DNA of 61,021 bases from Candidatus Alectryobacillus sp. (GTDB taxonomy: Bacteria > Bacillota_I > Bacilli_A > RFN20 > CAG-826). The position numbers and the translations under genes were made by a program. This document shows positions 41,192 to 49,692 of this stretch, one piece after another (the first letter of the stretch is position 1; every line of letters begins with the position of its first letter). Below the pieces are notes generated by a model that worked only from the letters and a program-made list of their open reading frames with translations, did not search any database and was not told the DNA's origin. Where the stretch lies: contig DAINNH010000004.1 in the NCBI GenBank assembly GCA_036735985.1, positions 1 through 61,021 on the forward strand, given 5' to 3'.

Positions 41192-42347
41192 TTTTTGGAC
41201 CATTGTAAAGAAAGAATTTCGCCGTTTCTTTACTGACTATCGCCTAGTTGCTTCCCTTGTGCTTCCTGGTATATTAATCTATGTTTTTTATTCGATTATG
41301 GGATCAATCATGCCATCGATTACAAATAATAAAATTAATGATGGTAATGAATTTAAAGTTGCATATGTCAACCGTTCCTCAACATTTTCTACTATTTTAG
41401 ATACAGCACTTTCTCAAAAATATAATGTTACTAATTACGACATTGAATATAGTAATTTAGAAGATGCTAAGGGCAAAGTTAAAAACAAAACATATGATAT
41501 TCTCTTTAATTTTGAAGAAAATTTTGATGCTAAAGTTGAAGCTATTAAAAATAATACTTCAACAACACAACCTACAGTTATAACTTATTATTTAAGTACG
41601 AGTGATACTTCGGCTTTTGTTTATACGCTGTCTGATAAAATACTTGTTAATTTTAATGTAAAAACGTATCAATCCACAACAACTGATGTCGCCGATCAAA
41701 ACGGAACGGTTTTAAAGATTATTTCGTCAGTTTTACCAATGATTGTTATTTCTTTGTTGTTCTCAACTTGCTTATCAATATGTCCAGAATCTATTGCTGG
41801 TGAAAAAGAAAGAGGAACTATCGCTACTTTACTTATTACACCTATAAAAAGATCTGAATTAGCTGGGGGAAAAATATTTGCACTTAGCGTAATTTCTTCG
41901 ATTGGAGCGCTGTTTTCCTTCGTAGGTGTTGTTTTATCGTTACCAAAAATAATGAATGTTTCAACTACTAGCGTATTCTTTTTATCTCCACTTCAATATC
42001 TCTTTATGTTTTTAATCCTTTTTGTAACTGTTATCATGATTGTTTCCTTTATGTGTGTGCTTTCAACCTATGCTCGAACAATTAAAGAAGCCAACTCAAT
42101 TATTGGAACTACAATGCCAATTGTATTGATATTTAGTTTAATTTCTTCATTTGTGCCAAATAATTCAATTTGGATTTCCTTTATTCCAATTTACAATGTT
42201 TCCACTGCACTAACTCAATTAATAAATAGTCAATATGATGCATTATTTATCTCTTTAACTATTGCCTCAACAGCTCTATATTCGGTTTTATTTATCTTTA
42301 TTGTTATTAAAATGTTTAACAATGAAAAAATAATGTTTAACAAATAA
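41184..42347 (+). CDS. ABC-2 type permease (NatB-like)
   Basis: KKEFRRFF.D.R, SIAGEKERGTIATLL.TPI.R; SD AAGGAGG; start overlaps the natA stop. Confidence 0.88.
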   Translation: MSNFWTIVKKEFRRFFTDYRLVASLVLPGILIYVFYSIMGSIMPSITNNKINDGNEFKVAYVNRSSTFSTILDTALSQKYNVTNYDIEYSNLEDAKGKVKNKTYDILFNFEENFDAKVEAIKNNTSTTQPTVITYYLSTSDTSAFVYTLSDKILVNFNVKTYQSTTTDVADQNGTVLKIISSVLPMIVISLLFSTCLSICPESIAGEKERGTIATLLITPIKRSELAGGKIFALSVISSIGALFSFVGVVLSLPKIMNVSTTSVFFLSPLQYLFMFLILFVTVIMIVSFMCVLSTYARTIKEANSIIGTTMPIVLIFSLISSFVPNNSIWISFIPIYNVSTALTQLINSQYDALFISLTIASTALYSVLFIFIVIKMFNNEKIMFNK

Positions 42348-42385
42348 ATAATAAAATTTTAAATAATGATTTATAATATTTATAC

Positions 42386-43990
42386 ATGTATAAAGTAATA
42401 ATTGTTGATGATGAATATCCAGTTCGCGAAAGACTATTAGATCTTTTAGACAAACTAAAAGATTCTTTTGAAGTAGTCGGTTCTTTTGAAAATGGATATG
42501 ACGCGCTAGTTAGTGGCATAACGCTTTCTCCTGATTTAATTATTACCGACATTAAAATGCCATATATTGATGGTATTGAACTTATTAAAAGAGCTAAATT
42601 GGAGCTACCACTTGTCGAAAGTATTATTATTAGTGGTTTTGATTCGTTTGATTATGCTAAACAAGCAATATCTCTAGGAGTAGTAGGATATATTTCAAAA
42701 CCAATCACTTTTGATGAATTAAAAACTACTCTATATAAAGCTAAAGATGAACTTGACAACAAGTACAGCGTTGATAAAAACATTCAAGATTTGCAAAAAC
42801 AAGCTGATTCTGCTTTGCTTTTAATTCAAGAAAACGATTTATGTCGCTTAATTACAATGAAAGATTTATCCGATAATATGATTAATAAATTAGAAGAAGA
42901 TCATATTAAATTAGACTTTTCGTTTTTAACTTTAGGAATTTTTGATTTAGATGATGATGCTGATTCTTTATCGAATGATCAAGTTGAACTTGTTATTTTT
43001 TGTTTAAGAAAATATATATCTGAAACTTTTTCAGGTATATCCAAATACTCATTTTATTTCTTTACTCGTGGCAACGAATCTGGAATTTTTATTCTTTCAG
43101 ACAGTAGCGTTACGAAAAAAGAATTACAGCAAATCCTCAGTGAAATTACTGCAAAAATTGAAAAAACCTGCAAAACCTCAATATCTATTGGTATAAGTGA
43201 ATTTGTTAATGCCCAAATAAATGGTATTAAATCAGTTAGTTTCCGTAAACTATATCGTCATGCTAAAAGAGCTTTGGAATACCGTACAATTGTTGGCGGC
43301 AATATCGTTTTGTTCTTTAGTGATGTCAATATTAATAAATCTTTTACAGGTAAAATTGATGATAACGAATATAAGAATGTTAGTTATGAAATTTTATATG
43401 GAAAAATTGATGCAGCAAAAGATAAAATAAAATCTATCTTAAATACCGTTACTCCTGAATCCTTTAAAGATACGTATTATTTTATTTTAAATAACCTACT
43501 GGATGCTATTTTAAAATCGTGTGTTTCTTTACAAACTCTTTACGAAACATATATGCCACACATTGATATTGTTCAAAAACTATTTACAACAAAAACATTT
43601 GATGCTACCGAAGATTTATTGGATCAATTAGTTGATAATATTGCAAAGATAAATGGATCTTCTCGTCAAAATAGAGTTGATTCTTCATTTAATCAAATAA
43701 AGAACTATATCGAAACGAATTACAAAAATTCTTTGCTATCGCTTGAAGATGTTGCGAATGAATTAGGCTATAGTATTTCCTATATTAGTGCAATATTAAA
43801 AAAGAACAATACTTCTTTTACAAAATATCTTACTGATGTTAGAATGCAGCAGGCTACTATTCTTTTGGCAAAAGAAGAGAATAAATTAATTAATATTTCA
43901 AACGAAATTGGATATGAAGATCCTTATTATTTTTCACATTGTTTTAAGAAGTATTTTGGAGTCTCCCCACAAGAGTATCGTAAAAAATGA
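42386..43990 (+). CDS. YesN-type response regulator (receiver + AraC HTH)
   Basis: IIVDDE, DLIITDIKMP.IDG, ISGF..F.YA, KPI; C-terminal GYEDPYYFSHCFKKYFGVSPQEYR. Confidence 0.93.
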   Translation: MYKVIIVDDEYPVRERLLDLLDKLKDSFEVVGSFENGYDALVSGITLSPDLIITDIKMPYIDGIELIKRAKLELPLVESIIISGFDSFDYAKQAISLGVVGYISKPITFDELKTTLYKAKDELDNKYSVDKNIQDLQKQADSALLLIQENDLCRLITMKDLSDNMINKLEEDHIKLDFSFLTLGIFDLDDDADSLSNDQVELVIFCLRKYISETFSGISKYSFYFFTRGNESGIFILSDSSVTKKELQQILSEITAKIEKTCKTSISIGISEFVNAQINGIKSVSFRKLYRHAKRALEYRTIVGGNIVLFFSDVNINKSFTGKIDDNEYKNVSYEILYGKIDAAKDKIKSILNTVTPESFKDTYYFILNNLLDAILKSCVSLQTLYETYMPHIDIVQKLFTTKTFDATEDLLDQLVDNIAKINGSSRQNRVDSSFNQIKNYIETNYKNSLLSLEDVANELGYSISYISAILKKNNTSFTKYLTDVRMQQATILLAKEENKLINISNEIGYEDPYYFSHCFKKYFGVSPQEYRKK

Positions 43991-45702
43991 GTAAACATCA
44001 ACATTTTTCAATTAGGGCTCAATTACTAAGCGCTTCCATACTATTTTTTAGTTTGTTTGTCTTTACTTTAGCTTATACTTCATATGTTTTGTATAGCAAC
44101 AATGTTAATGAAGTCACTAACAACCAAATTATTTATTCTTCAAAACAGACTTTTAAAAACTATGAATCTTATTTCGATAATGTTATTCAAGTATCTGATG
44201 CAATACAAGTTCACATGGCGAACGCTGATCCTGTAACAAATAAAGCCGCAGAAACCCAATATTTTGATAATATTATGGCTTTTAAAAGTGAAATTTTAAG
44301 CATAGCTTTATTTGATACAAAAGGATATTGTGTAGTTAATAATACTAATTCAACATTCTCTGAGTCTTATAAGGATGTAAATTGGTATAAAGCGGCATAC
44401 GAAAACCAAATAATTGATAATTTCTCGATTATTGATACTTATGGTGATAAATATTCATTTACTCTTTCCAAATATATTTCATATAACAATGGTAAAAATT
44501 ATGGAATATTAAAATTAGATTATGATTTTACGAAAATCATTAATCTTATTCCACAAAACGATTTAGGAACTGATGGCCATATTTCGATTTACGACGAAAA
44601 TTACAACGTTGTTTATTCTTCAAATCGTGATTACGTCGATCTTGAAATAAATGATATTAAAAACATCGCCTTAGGAAATAAGATCGTCACAATCAATCAC
44701 ATTCCATTTTCTGTTGTCGTTTCGACAATATCTAAAACAACATGGAAAGTTGCAATTTTTAACAATATTCAAAGTGTTTATGATGTTATTAATCGTTTTA
44801 TCTCTATTGTTGTCATTAGTGGTATTGCCTTCTTAGTTTTATTTGCTGTCATTATGTTCTTTGTTTCATCAAGCATTTCTTCGCCAATTACTCAACTTAC
44901 TAAAGAAATGAAGCAAATTGAAAACTTAAATTACGAAAATTCTCTTTCCACAAATTTAAGAGGTTCAAAAGAATCGGTTGAATTAACTAAATCATTTCAA
45001 CAAATGATGATCCGTATTAAAGAATTGGCTAATAAAATCATTTTAGAACAGCAAGCTCAAAGAAAATCAGAACTAAAAGCTCTTCAAAATCAAATTAACC
45101 CTCATTTCCTTTATAATACCCTCGATTCAATTGTTTACTTAATTGATAATAATGAAAATGAAAAAGCTGAAAAAATGATTATTGCTCTTTCAAAATTCTT
45201 CCGAATTTCTATTTCTCAAGGTAAAACCATCATTCCAATTAGTAAGGAAATAGAGCATGTTTATAATTACCTTTTGATTCAAAAAATGAGGTTTGGTAGT
45301 ACTTTTGATTTTACGATTGATGTTCAAGAAAATATCAATAATTACAATGTTCCTAAGCTAATTCTTCAACCAATTGTCGAAAATGCAATTGCCCATGGTC
45401 TTCAAGGATTGGAAACAAAGGGTGAAATTCACATAAAGGGATATACTAAAGATAAAAATATAATTTTTGAAATTAGTGATAATGGTTTTGGCATGCTTCC
45501 AGAAAAAATAGAGGAAATCTATGCTAGTTTTAAAGATCTATCAATTCATTCAGGTGTTGGTTTACAAAATGTTTATAATCGTATCCATATTTATTATGGC
45601 GAAGAGGCTCATATTGAAATTCAATCTGATTTAGATAAAGGAAGCAACATCGTAATTTATATACCAATTGAGGGGGCTATTAAAAATGAAGAAGAAATTT
45701 AG
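43987..45702 (+). CDS. YesM/LytS-type sensor histidine kinase
   Basis: Two TMs with extracellular Cache-like region, HAMP, LQNQINPHFLYNTL, LQPIVENAI.HG, DNG.G, GVGL.NV. Confidence 0.93.
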   Translation: MSKHQHFSIRAQLLSASILFFSLFVFTLAYTSYVLYSNNVNEVTNNQIIYSSKQTFKNYESYFDNVIQVSDAIQVHMANADPVTNKAAETQYFDNIMAFKSEILSIALFDTKGYCVVNNTNSTFSESYKDVNWYKAAYENQIIDNFSIIDTYGDKYSFTLSKYISYNNGKNYGILKLDYDFTKIINLIPQNDLGTDGHISIYDENYNVVYSSNRDYVDLEINDIKNIALGNKIVTINHIPFSVVVSTISKTTWKVAIFNNIQSVYDVINRFISIVVISGIAFLVLFAVIMFFVSSSISSPITQLTKEMKQIENLNYENSLSTNLRGSKESVELTKSFQQMMIRIKELANKIILEQQAQRKSELKALQNQINPHFLYNTLDSIVYLIDNNENEKAEKMIIALSKFFRISISQGKTIIPISKEIEHVYNYLLIQKMRFGSTFDFTIDVQENINNYNVPKLILQPIVENAIAHGLQGLETKGEIHIKGYTKDKNIIFEISDNGFGMLPEKIEEIYASFKDLSIHSGVGLQNVYNRIHIYYGEEAHIEIQSDLDKGSNIVIYIPIEGAIKNEEEI

Positions 45703-46714
45703 ATATCTTTTAGTAATGGGTAGTATGACTCTTTTATGTAGCTGTCAACAAACAGTACCTTCTGTATCCTTATTTTTATATAGTTCTCAAGACACATTCA
45801 TTAAAGCCTTAAATAGTGAAACTACAACTTTGCTTTCACAAAAATATACATTTAAAACTTATTTTGCAGAATCATCTCAATTAACACAAAACGATCAAAT
45901 CGTGAATTCTATTGAAAAAGATAAACCATCATTATTGATTGTAAATACAGTCGATCGTTTATCTTCTTCAACGATTTGCGATAAGGCTGCTAACAATAAT
46001 TTACCAGTGATTTTTATAAATCGTGAACCTTTAGAAAGTGCTATTAAAGATCGTCCAAACGTTTATTATGTCGGAGCTAACGCTACCGAAGAAGGTAAAT
46101 TACAAGCCAAAATTGCTCACAATCTTTTTAATGGAACCTCGAATTTCGCCTCTTCTTCTTTTGATAAGAATAAAGATGGTAAGGTCCAATTAATTTTAGT
46201 TAAAGGCGAACAAGGCCATCAAGATGCTGAAGAAAGAAGCAAATATTGTATTTCAGCTTTAGAAAGTTATGGTTATGATGTTGAAATCATAAGTACGATT
46301 ACCTGTGATTGGGAACGTACCACAGCCCGTAATGAATTTAAAAAAATTTATACAAATAGCTTAGATCAAAACGGAGCAAGTAACATTGAACTTGTTTTTT
46401 CAAATAATGATGATATGGCTTTAGGATGCATTGATTATTTAAAATCCTTAACTAATTATAATCAGGAACAACCTTTGTATCAGGCTTATTTCCCAATTAT
46501 TGGTGTAGATTACACCGCAGTTGGAAAACAATCTATTATGGCCAACGAACTTTATGGAACCGTTGAAAATCAAAGTGCTATTCAAGCTGATGCGATATAT
46601 GAATTGACCAAAACTATTTTGAATAAAGAAAGCTTTGCTAACTTTAAATATACATTCGATAATGGTAAATATATCCATATTAACGGCGTTATACGAACCA
46701 AAGATTCTATTTAA
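45686..46714 (+). CDS. Glucose/galactose-binding lipoprotein (canonical MglB topology), likely sensory component of the TCS
   Basis: Lipobox LLCSC; DTF, FINREP, DKNKDG Ca-loop, GHQDAEER, W, NNDDMA, GVD, ENQ; start overlaps the kinase 3' end. Confidence 0.85.
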   Translation: MKKKFRYLLVMGSMTLLCSCQQTVPSVSLFLYSSQDTFIKALNSETTTLLSQKYTFKTYFAESSQLTQNDQIVNSIEKDKPSLLIVNTVDRLSSSTICDKAANNNLPVIFINREPLESAIKDRPNVYYVGANATEEGKLQAKIAHNLFNGTSNFASSSFDKNKDGKVQLILVKGEQGHQDAEERSKYCISALESYGYDVEIISTITCDWERTTARNEFKKIYTNSLDQNGASNIELVFSNNDDMALGCIDYLKSLTNYNQEQPLYQAYFPIIGVDYTAVGKQSIMANELYGTVENQSAIQADAIYELTKTILNKESFANFKYTFDNGKYIHINGVIRTKDSI

Positions 46715-46743
46715 TTTTTTATAAAATTAATATCTTAAAAATT

Positions 46744-46778
46744 TTCCACAAAGACAAAAAAGTCTTGTGGAATTTTTT
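46744..46778 (+). terminator. Intrinsic terminator
   Basis: TTCCAC-A-AAGAC/GTCTT-GTGGAA stem followed by T6. Confidence 0.75.
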
Positions 46779-46810
46779 ATGAATTTAATAGAGATTTTTC
46801 TATTCTTAAT

Positions 46811-46824
46811 TGTAAGCGCTTTCA
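46811..46824. promoter_or_regulatory. cre / LacI-family operator upstream of mglB
   Basis: TGTAAGCGCTTTCA fully matches TGWAANCGNTNWCA and lies just before a TACAAT -10 (46826-46831). Confidence 0.75.
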
Positions 46825-46898
46825 ATACAATATTAACGATAAGATGATAGTCCTAGAGACATCATCGAAAATAAGGAATTATAGGAGGAAAATTTTTA

Positions 46899-48113
46899 AT
46901 GAAAAAAACATTAATTCCATTATTAGCCGTTGCTATGGCTGGCTTATTAGTTAGCTGTGGTGGAACATCAGGCACAACAGTTGCCAACAAAGATAAACCA
47001 TTAGTTTGGTTTAACAGACAACCATCTGATCCAGAAACTGGTAAGATTGATAGTGCTGCTATGACATTCAATGATTTTACTTATTATTCAGGATTTGATG
47101 CTGCTGCTGGCGGCGCTGTCCAAGGCAAGTTAATCACTGACTATTTAGCTTCACAAACAGCTACTCTTGATAGAAATGGTGATGGTAAGATCGGTTACGT
47201 CTTAGCTATTGGCGATATCGCTCATAACGATTCCAAAGCTAGAACAAAAGGTATTCGTCAAGCTTTAGGTACATGGGATACAACCGCTGCTGATGGTTAT
47301 GCTCCAAGTGCTAAGAAAGCTGGTTCAGTCAAAGTCGGTACAACAGATTATGTCGTTGAAGAATTAGCCGCTCAAGAAATGAAGTCAACTGCTGGTGCTA
47401 CATGGGATGCAGCCACTGCTGGTGATGCTCTTGATACATGGGTCAACTCACTCGGTACCAAGATTGATATGATTATTTCTAATAACGATGGTATGGCTAT
47501 GGGTATGCTTGGTAAGAACTCTTGCCCAGTCGTCCCAGTCTTCGGTTATGATGCTAACCCAGATGCAGTTGATTCAGTCAAAGTTACAACTGGTAAACAT
47601 TTAACTGGTACAGTCTCACAAAACGTCGGTGCTCAAGCTGCCTTAACACTCCAAATCTTAAGAAATGGTTTTGATGGCGAAAAAGGTGCCAATGTTTATA
47701 AGAAGGGTATCTCTGAAGCTGATAAGTGGGGCAATAAGATTACTCCAACAATCGCTTATGTCGAAGCTGATAGAGCTTTATTAGCTGCTAATAGTGCTGT
47801 TACAGCCGCCAACGCTGATCAATATGTTTCAGGCAGTTGGGATAGCGGTATTAAACAAATCTCTGGCGAAAAGAAGAATGTCTTAATTACTCTTTACAAC
47901 GCTGGTGATACATTCTTATCTGGTTCCTATAAGCCAGCTCTCGAACATTACGCAACTCTTCTTAATATCACATTAACTTGGGCTGAAGGTGATGGACAAT
48001 CTGAACAAGGCTGCTTAGATAAGTTTATTAACCTTGGCAAATATGATGGTTATGCAATCAACCTTGTTAGAACAAACAACGCTGCTTCATACACCAACTT
48101 ATTAAATAAGTAA
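46899..48113 (+). CDS. mglB: Glucose/galactose-binding lipoprotein, circularly permuted (MglB-2 type)
   Basis: Lipobox LLVSC; WFNRQP, DRNGDG, HNDSKART, TWD, NNDGMA, GYDA; the canonical N-terminal segment (ITLYNAGDTF...YAINLV) is at the C-terminus. Confidence 0.87.
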   Translation: MKKTLIPLLAVAMAGLLVSCGGTSGTTVANKDKPLVWFNRQPSDPETGKIDSAAMTFNDFTYYSGFDAAAGGAVQGKLITDYLASQTATLDRNGDGKIGYVLAIGDIAHNDSKARTKGIRQALGTWDTTAADGYAPSAKKAGSVKVGTTDYVVEELAAQEMKSTAGATWDAATAGDALDTWVNSLGTKIDMIISNNDGMAMGMLGKNSCPVVPVFGYDANPDAVDSVKVTTGKHLTGTVSQNVGAQAALTLQILRNGFDGEKGANVYKKGISEADKWGNKITPTIAYVEADRALLAANSAVTAANADQYVSGSWDSGIKQISGEKKNVLITLYNAGDTFLSGSYKPALEHYATLLNITLTWAEGDGQSEQGCLDKFINLGKYDGYAINLVRTNNAASYTNLLNK

Positions 48114-48130
48114 TTAATTAGATTAATTAA

Positions 48131-48160
48131 CATCATAGGTGGTGCAAACCACCTATGATG
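48131..48160 (+). terminator. Strong hairpin between mglB and mglA (partial terminator / stabiliser)
   Basis: 13-bp perfect stem CATCATAGGTGGT/ACCACCTATGATG with GCAA tetraloop. Confidence 0.75.
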
Positions 48161-48182
48161 CTTATTTTTAAAAGGAGAAGAT

Positions 48183-49679
48183 ATGGAAAAAGATATTGTA
48201 TTAAAAATATCTGGTTTAAGTAAATCCTTTGGAAAAAACAGAGTTTTATCAAATATTAATCTAGAAGTTGAACGCGGAACTGTTATGGGCCTTATGGGTG
48301 AAAACGGTGCAGGTAAGTCAACAATGATGAAATGCCTTTTTGGTATTTATGCCAAGGATGAAGGCAGTTTTTTTCTTGACGGGAAACCTATTAATTTCTC
48401 TGGACCAAAAGAAGCCCTTGAAAATGGCGTCGCCATGGTTCACCAAGAATTAAACCAATGTCTTGATCGTTCTGTTGGTGATAACCTTTTCTTAGGTCGT
48501 TATCCTACAAAATTTGGCGTCATCGATGAAGATAAAATTGATAAAAAATGTAAAACTCTTTTTAGAACATTGAAAATGAATGTTAATCCAAAGACAATTA
48601 TGAGAACGATGTCTGTCTCCGCCCGACAAATGGTTGAAATTGCCAAAGCAATTTCATACAATGCGAAAATTATTGTTCTCGACGAACCTACATCATCATT
48701 AACCGAAAGAGAAGTTAAGAAGCTATTTTCTATTATTAGCGACTTAAGGAAAAAAGGTATTAGTTTCATTTATATTTCTCACAAAATGGATGAAGTTTTT
48801 GATATTTGTGATTATGTATCAGTTCTTAGAGATGGTCAATTGATTACTACTAAGAAAACTTCAGAAACAAACATGAATGAATTAGTAGCCGCAATGGTCG
48901 GACGTAGTCTTGATCAACGTTTCCCTGAAATTACTAATAATCCAGGTCATGAAATTCTCAAAATAGAGAATTTGTCGACAAAATATGCACCATACTTACA
49001 AGATATATCATTATCTGTCAAAAAAGGTGAAATCTTTGGTATTTATGGTCTAGTTGGAGCTGGTAGAAGTGAGCTTCTTGAATGTCTGTTTGGTTTAAGA
49101 ACAATTGCTGCTGGTAAAATTATTTATTCTGGCCGTAGTATTAAATTTAATTCTGCTGCTGAAGCTATGAAATATGGCTTCGCCATGGTTACTGAGGAAC
49201 GTAAGTTCAATGGTATGTTCGGAAAATCCGACTTAACATTTAATACATGTATTGCTAATCTTGATTCTTATAAAACTATTGGCGTTCTTTCCAAGAGTAA
49301 GATGAAATTAGCAACGAAAGATGAAATTAAATTAATGCATACAAAATGTATGGATGAAAATGATCCTATCACTGCCCTCTCTGGTGGTAACCAACAAAAA
49401 GTTATTATTGGTAAGTGGTTTGAGCGTAGTCCTGATATCTTCTTGATGGATGAACCTACACGTGGTATCGATGTCTTAGCCAAATATCAAATATACGAAT
49501 TAATCAACAAAATTGCTTCAGAAGGTAAAACAGTTATAGTTGTAAGTTCAGAAATGCCTGAAATCTTGGGTATTACTAATCGTATTGCTGTTATGTCGAA
49601 CTATCATTTAGCTGGTATTGTTGATACAAAGAGCACAAGCCAAGAAGAGCTTCTCAGACTTTGTGCCAAGTACTTATAA
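48183..49679 (+). CDS. mglA: Galactoside ABC transporter ATPase (two NBDs)
   Basis: GENGAGKSTMMKCLFGIY, VHQELNQ, LDEPTSSL, YISHKMDE, VTEERK, LSGGNQQKV, DEPTRGIDV. Confidence 0.93.
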   Translation: MEKDIVLKISGLSKSFGKNRVLSNINLEVERGTVMGLMGENGAGKSTMMKCLFGIYAKDEGSFFLDGKPINFSGPKEALENGVAMVHQELNQCLDRSVGDNLFLGRYPTKFGVIDEDKIDKKCKTLFRTLKMNVNPKTIMRTMSVSARQMVEIAKAISYNAKIIVLDEPTSSLTEREVKKLFSIISDLRKKGISFIYISHKMDEVFDICDYVSVLRDGQLITTKKTSETNMNELVAAMVGRSLDQRFPEITNNPGHEILKIENLSTKYAPYLQDISLSVKKGEIFGIYGLVGAGRSELLECLFGLRTIAAGKIIYSGRSIKFNSAAEAMKYGFAMVTEERKFNGMFGKSDLTFNTCIANLDSYKTIGVLSKSKMKLATKDEIKLMHTKCMDENDPITALSGGNQQKVIIGKWFERSPDIFLMDEPTRGIDVLAKYQIYELINKIASEGKTVIVVSSEMPEILGITNRIAVMSNYHLAGIVDTKSTSQEELLRLCAKYL

Positions 49680-49692
49680 TAAGGAGAATCTT

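Noticed and set aside
44024-44037. cre-like ACTAAGCGCTTCCA inside the kinase gene
   Set aside because: Three mismatches to consensus, within coding sequence; expected by chance.
43987-45702. AGG to Met reassignment (reported in some uncultured Bacilli)
   Set aside because: AGG sits at conserved Arg positions here (kinase IQKM-R-F near 45288; MFS RG-R-V near 34447), so AGG=Arg.
1588-49692. Longest-ORF starts given by the track (1686, 5315, 16020, 21632, 26846, 40385, 41154, 45668, 49618)
   Set aside because: Extensions overlap upstream genes, terminators or riboswitch platforms; downstream ATGs have an SD or coupling and match expected N-termini.
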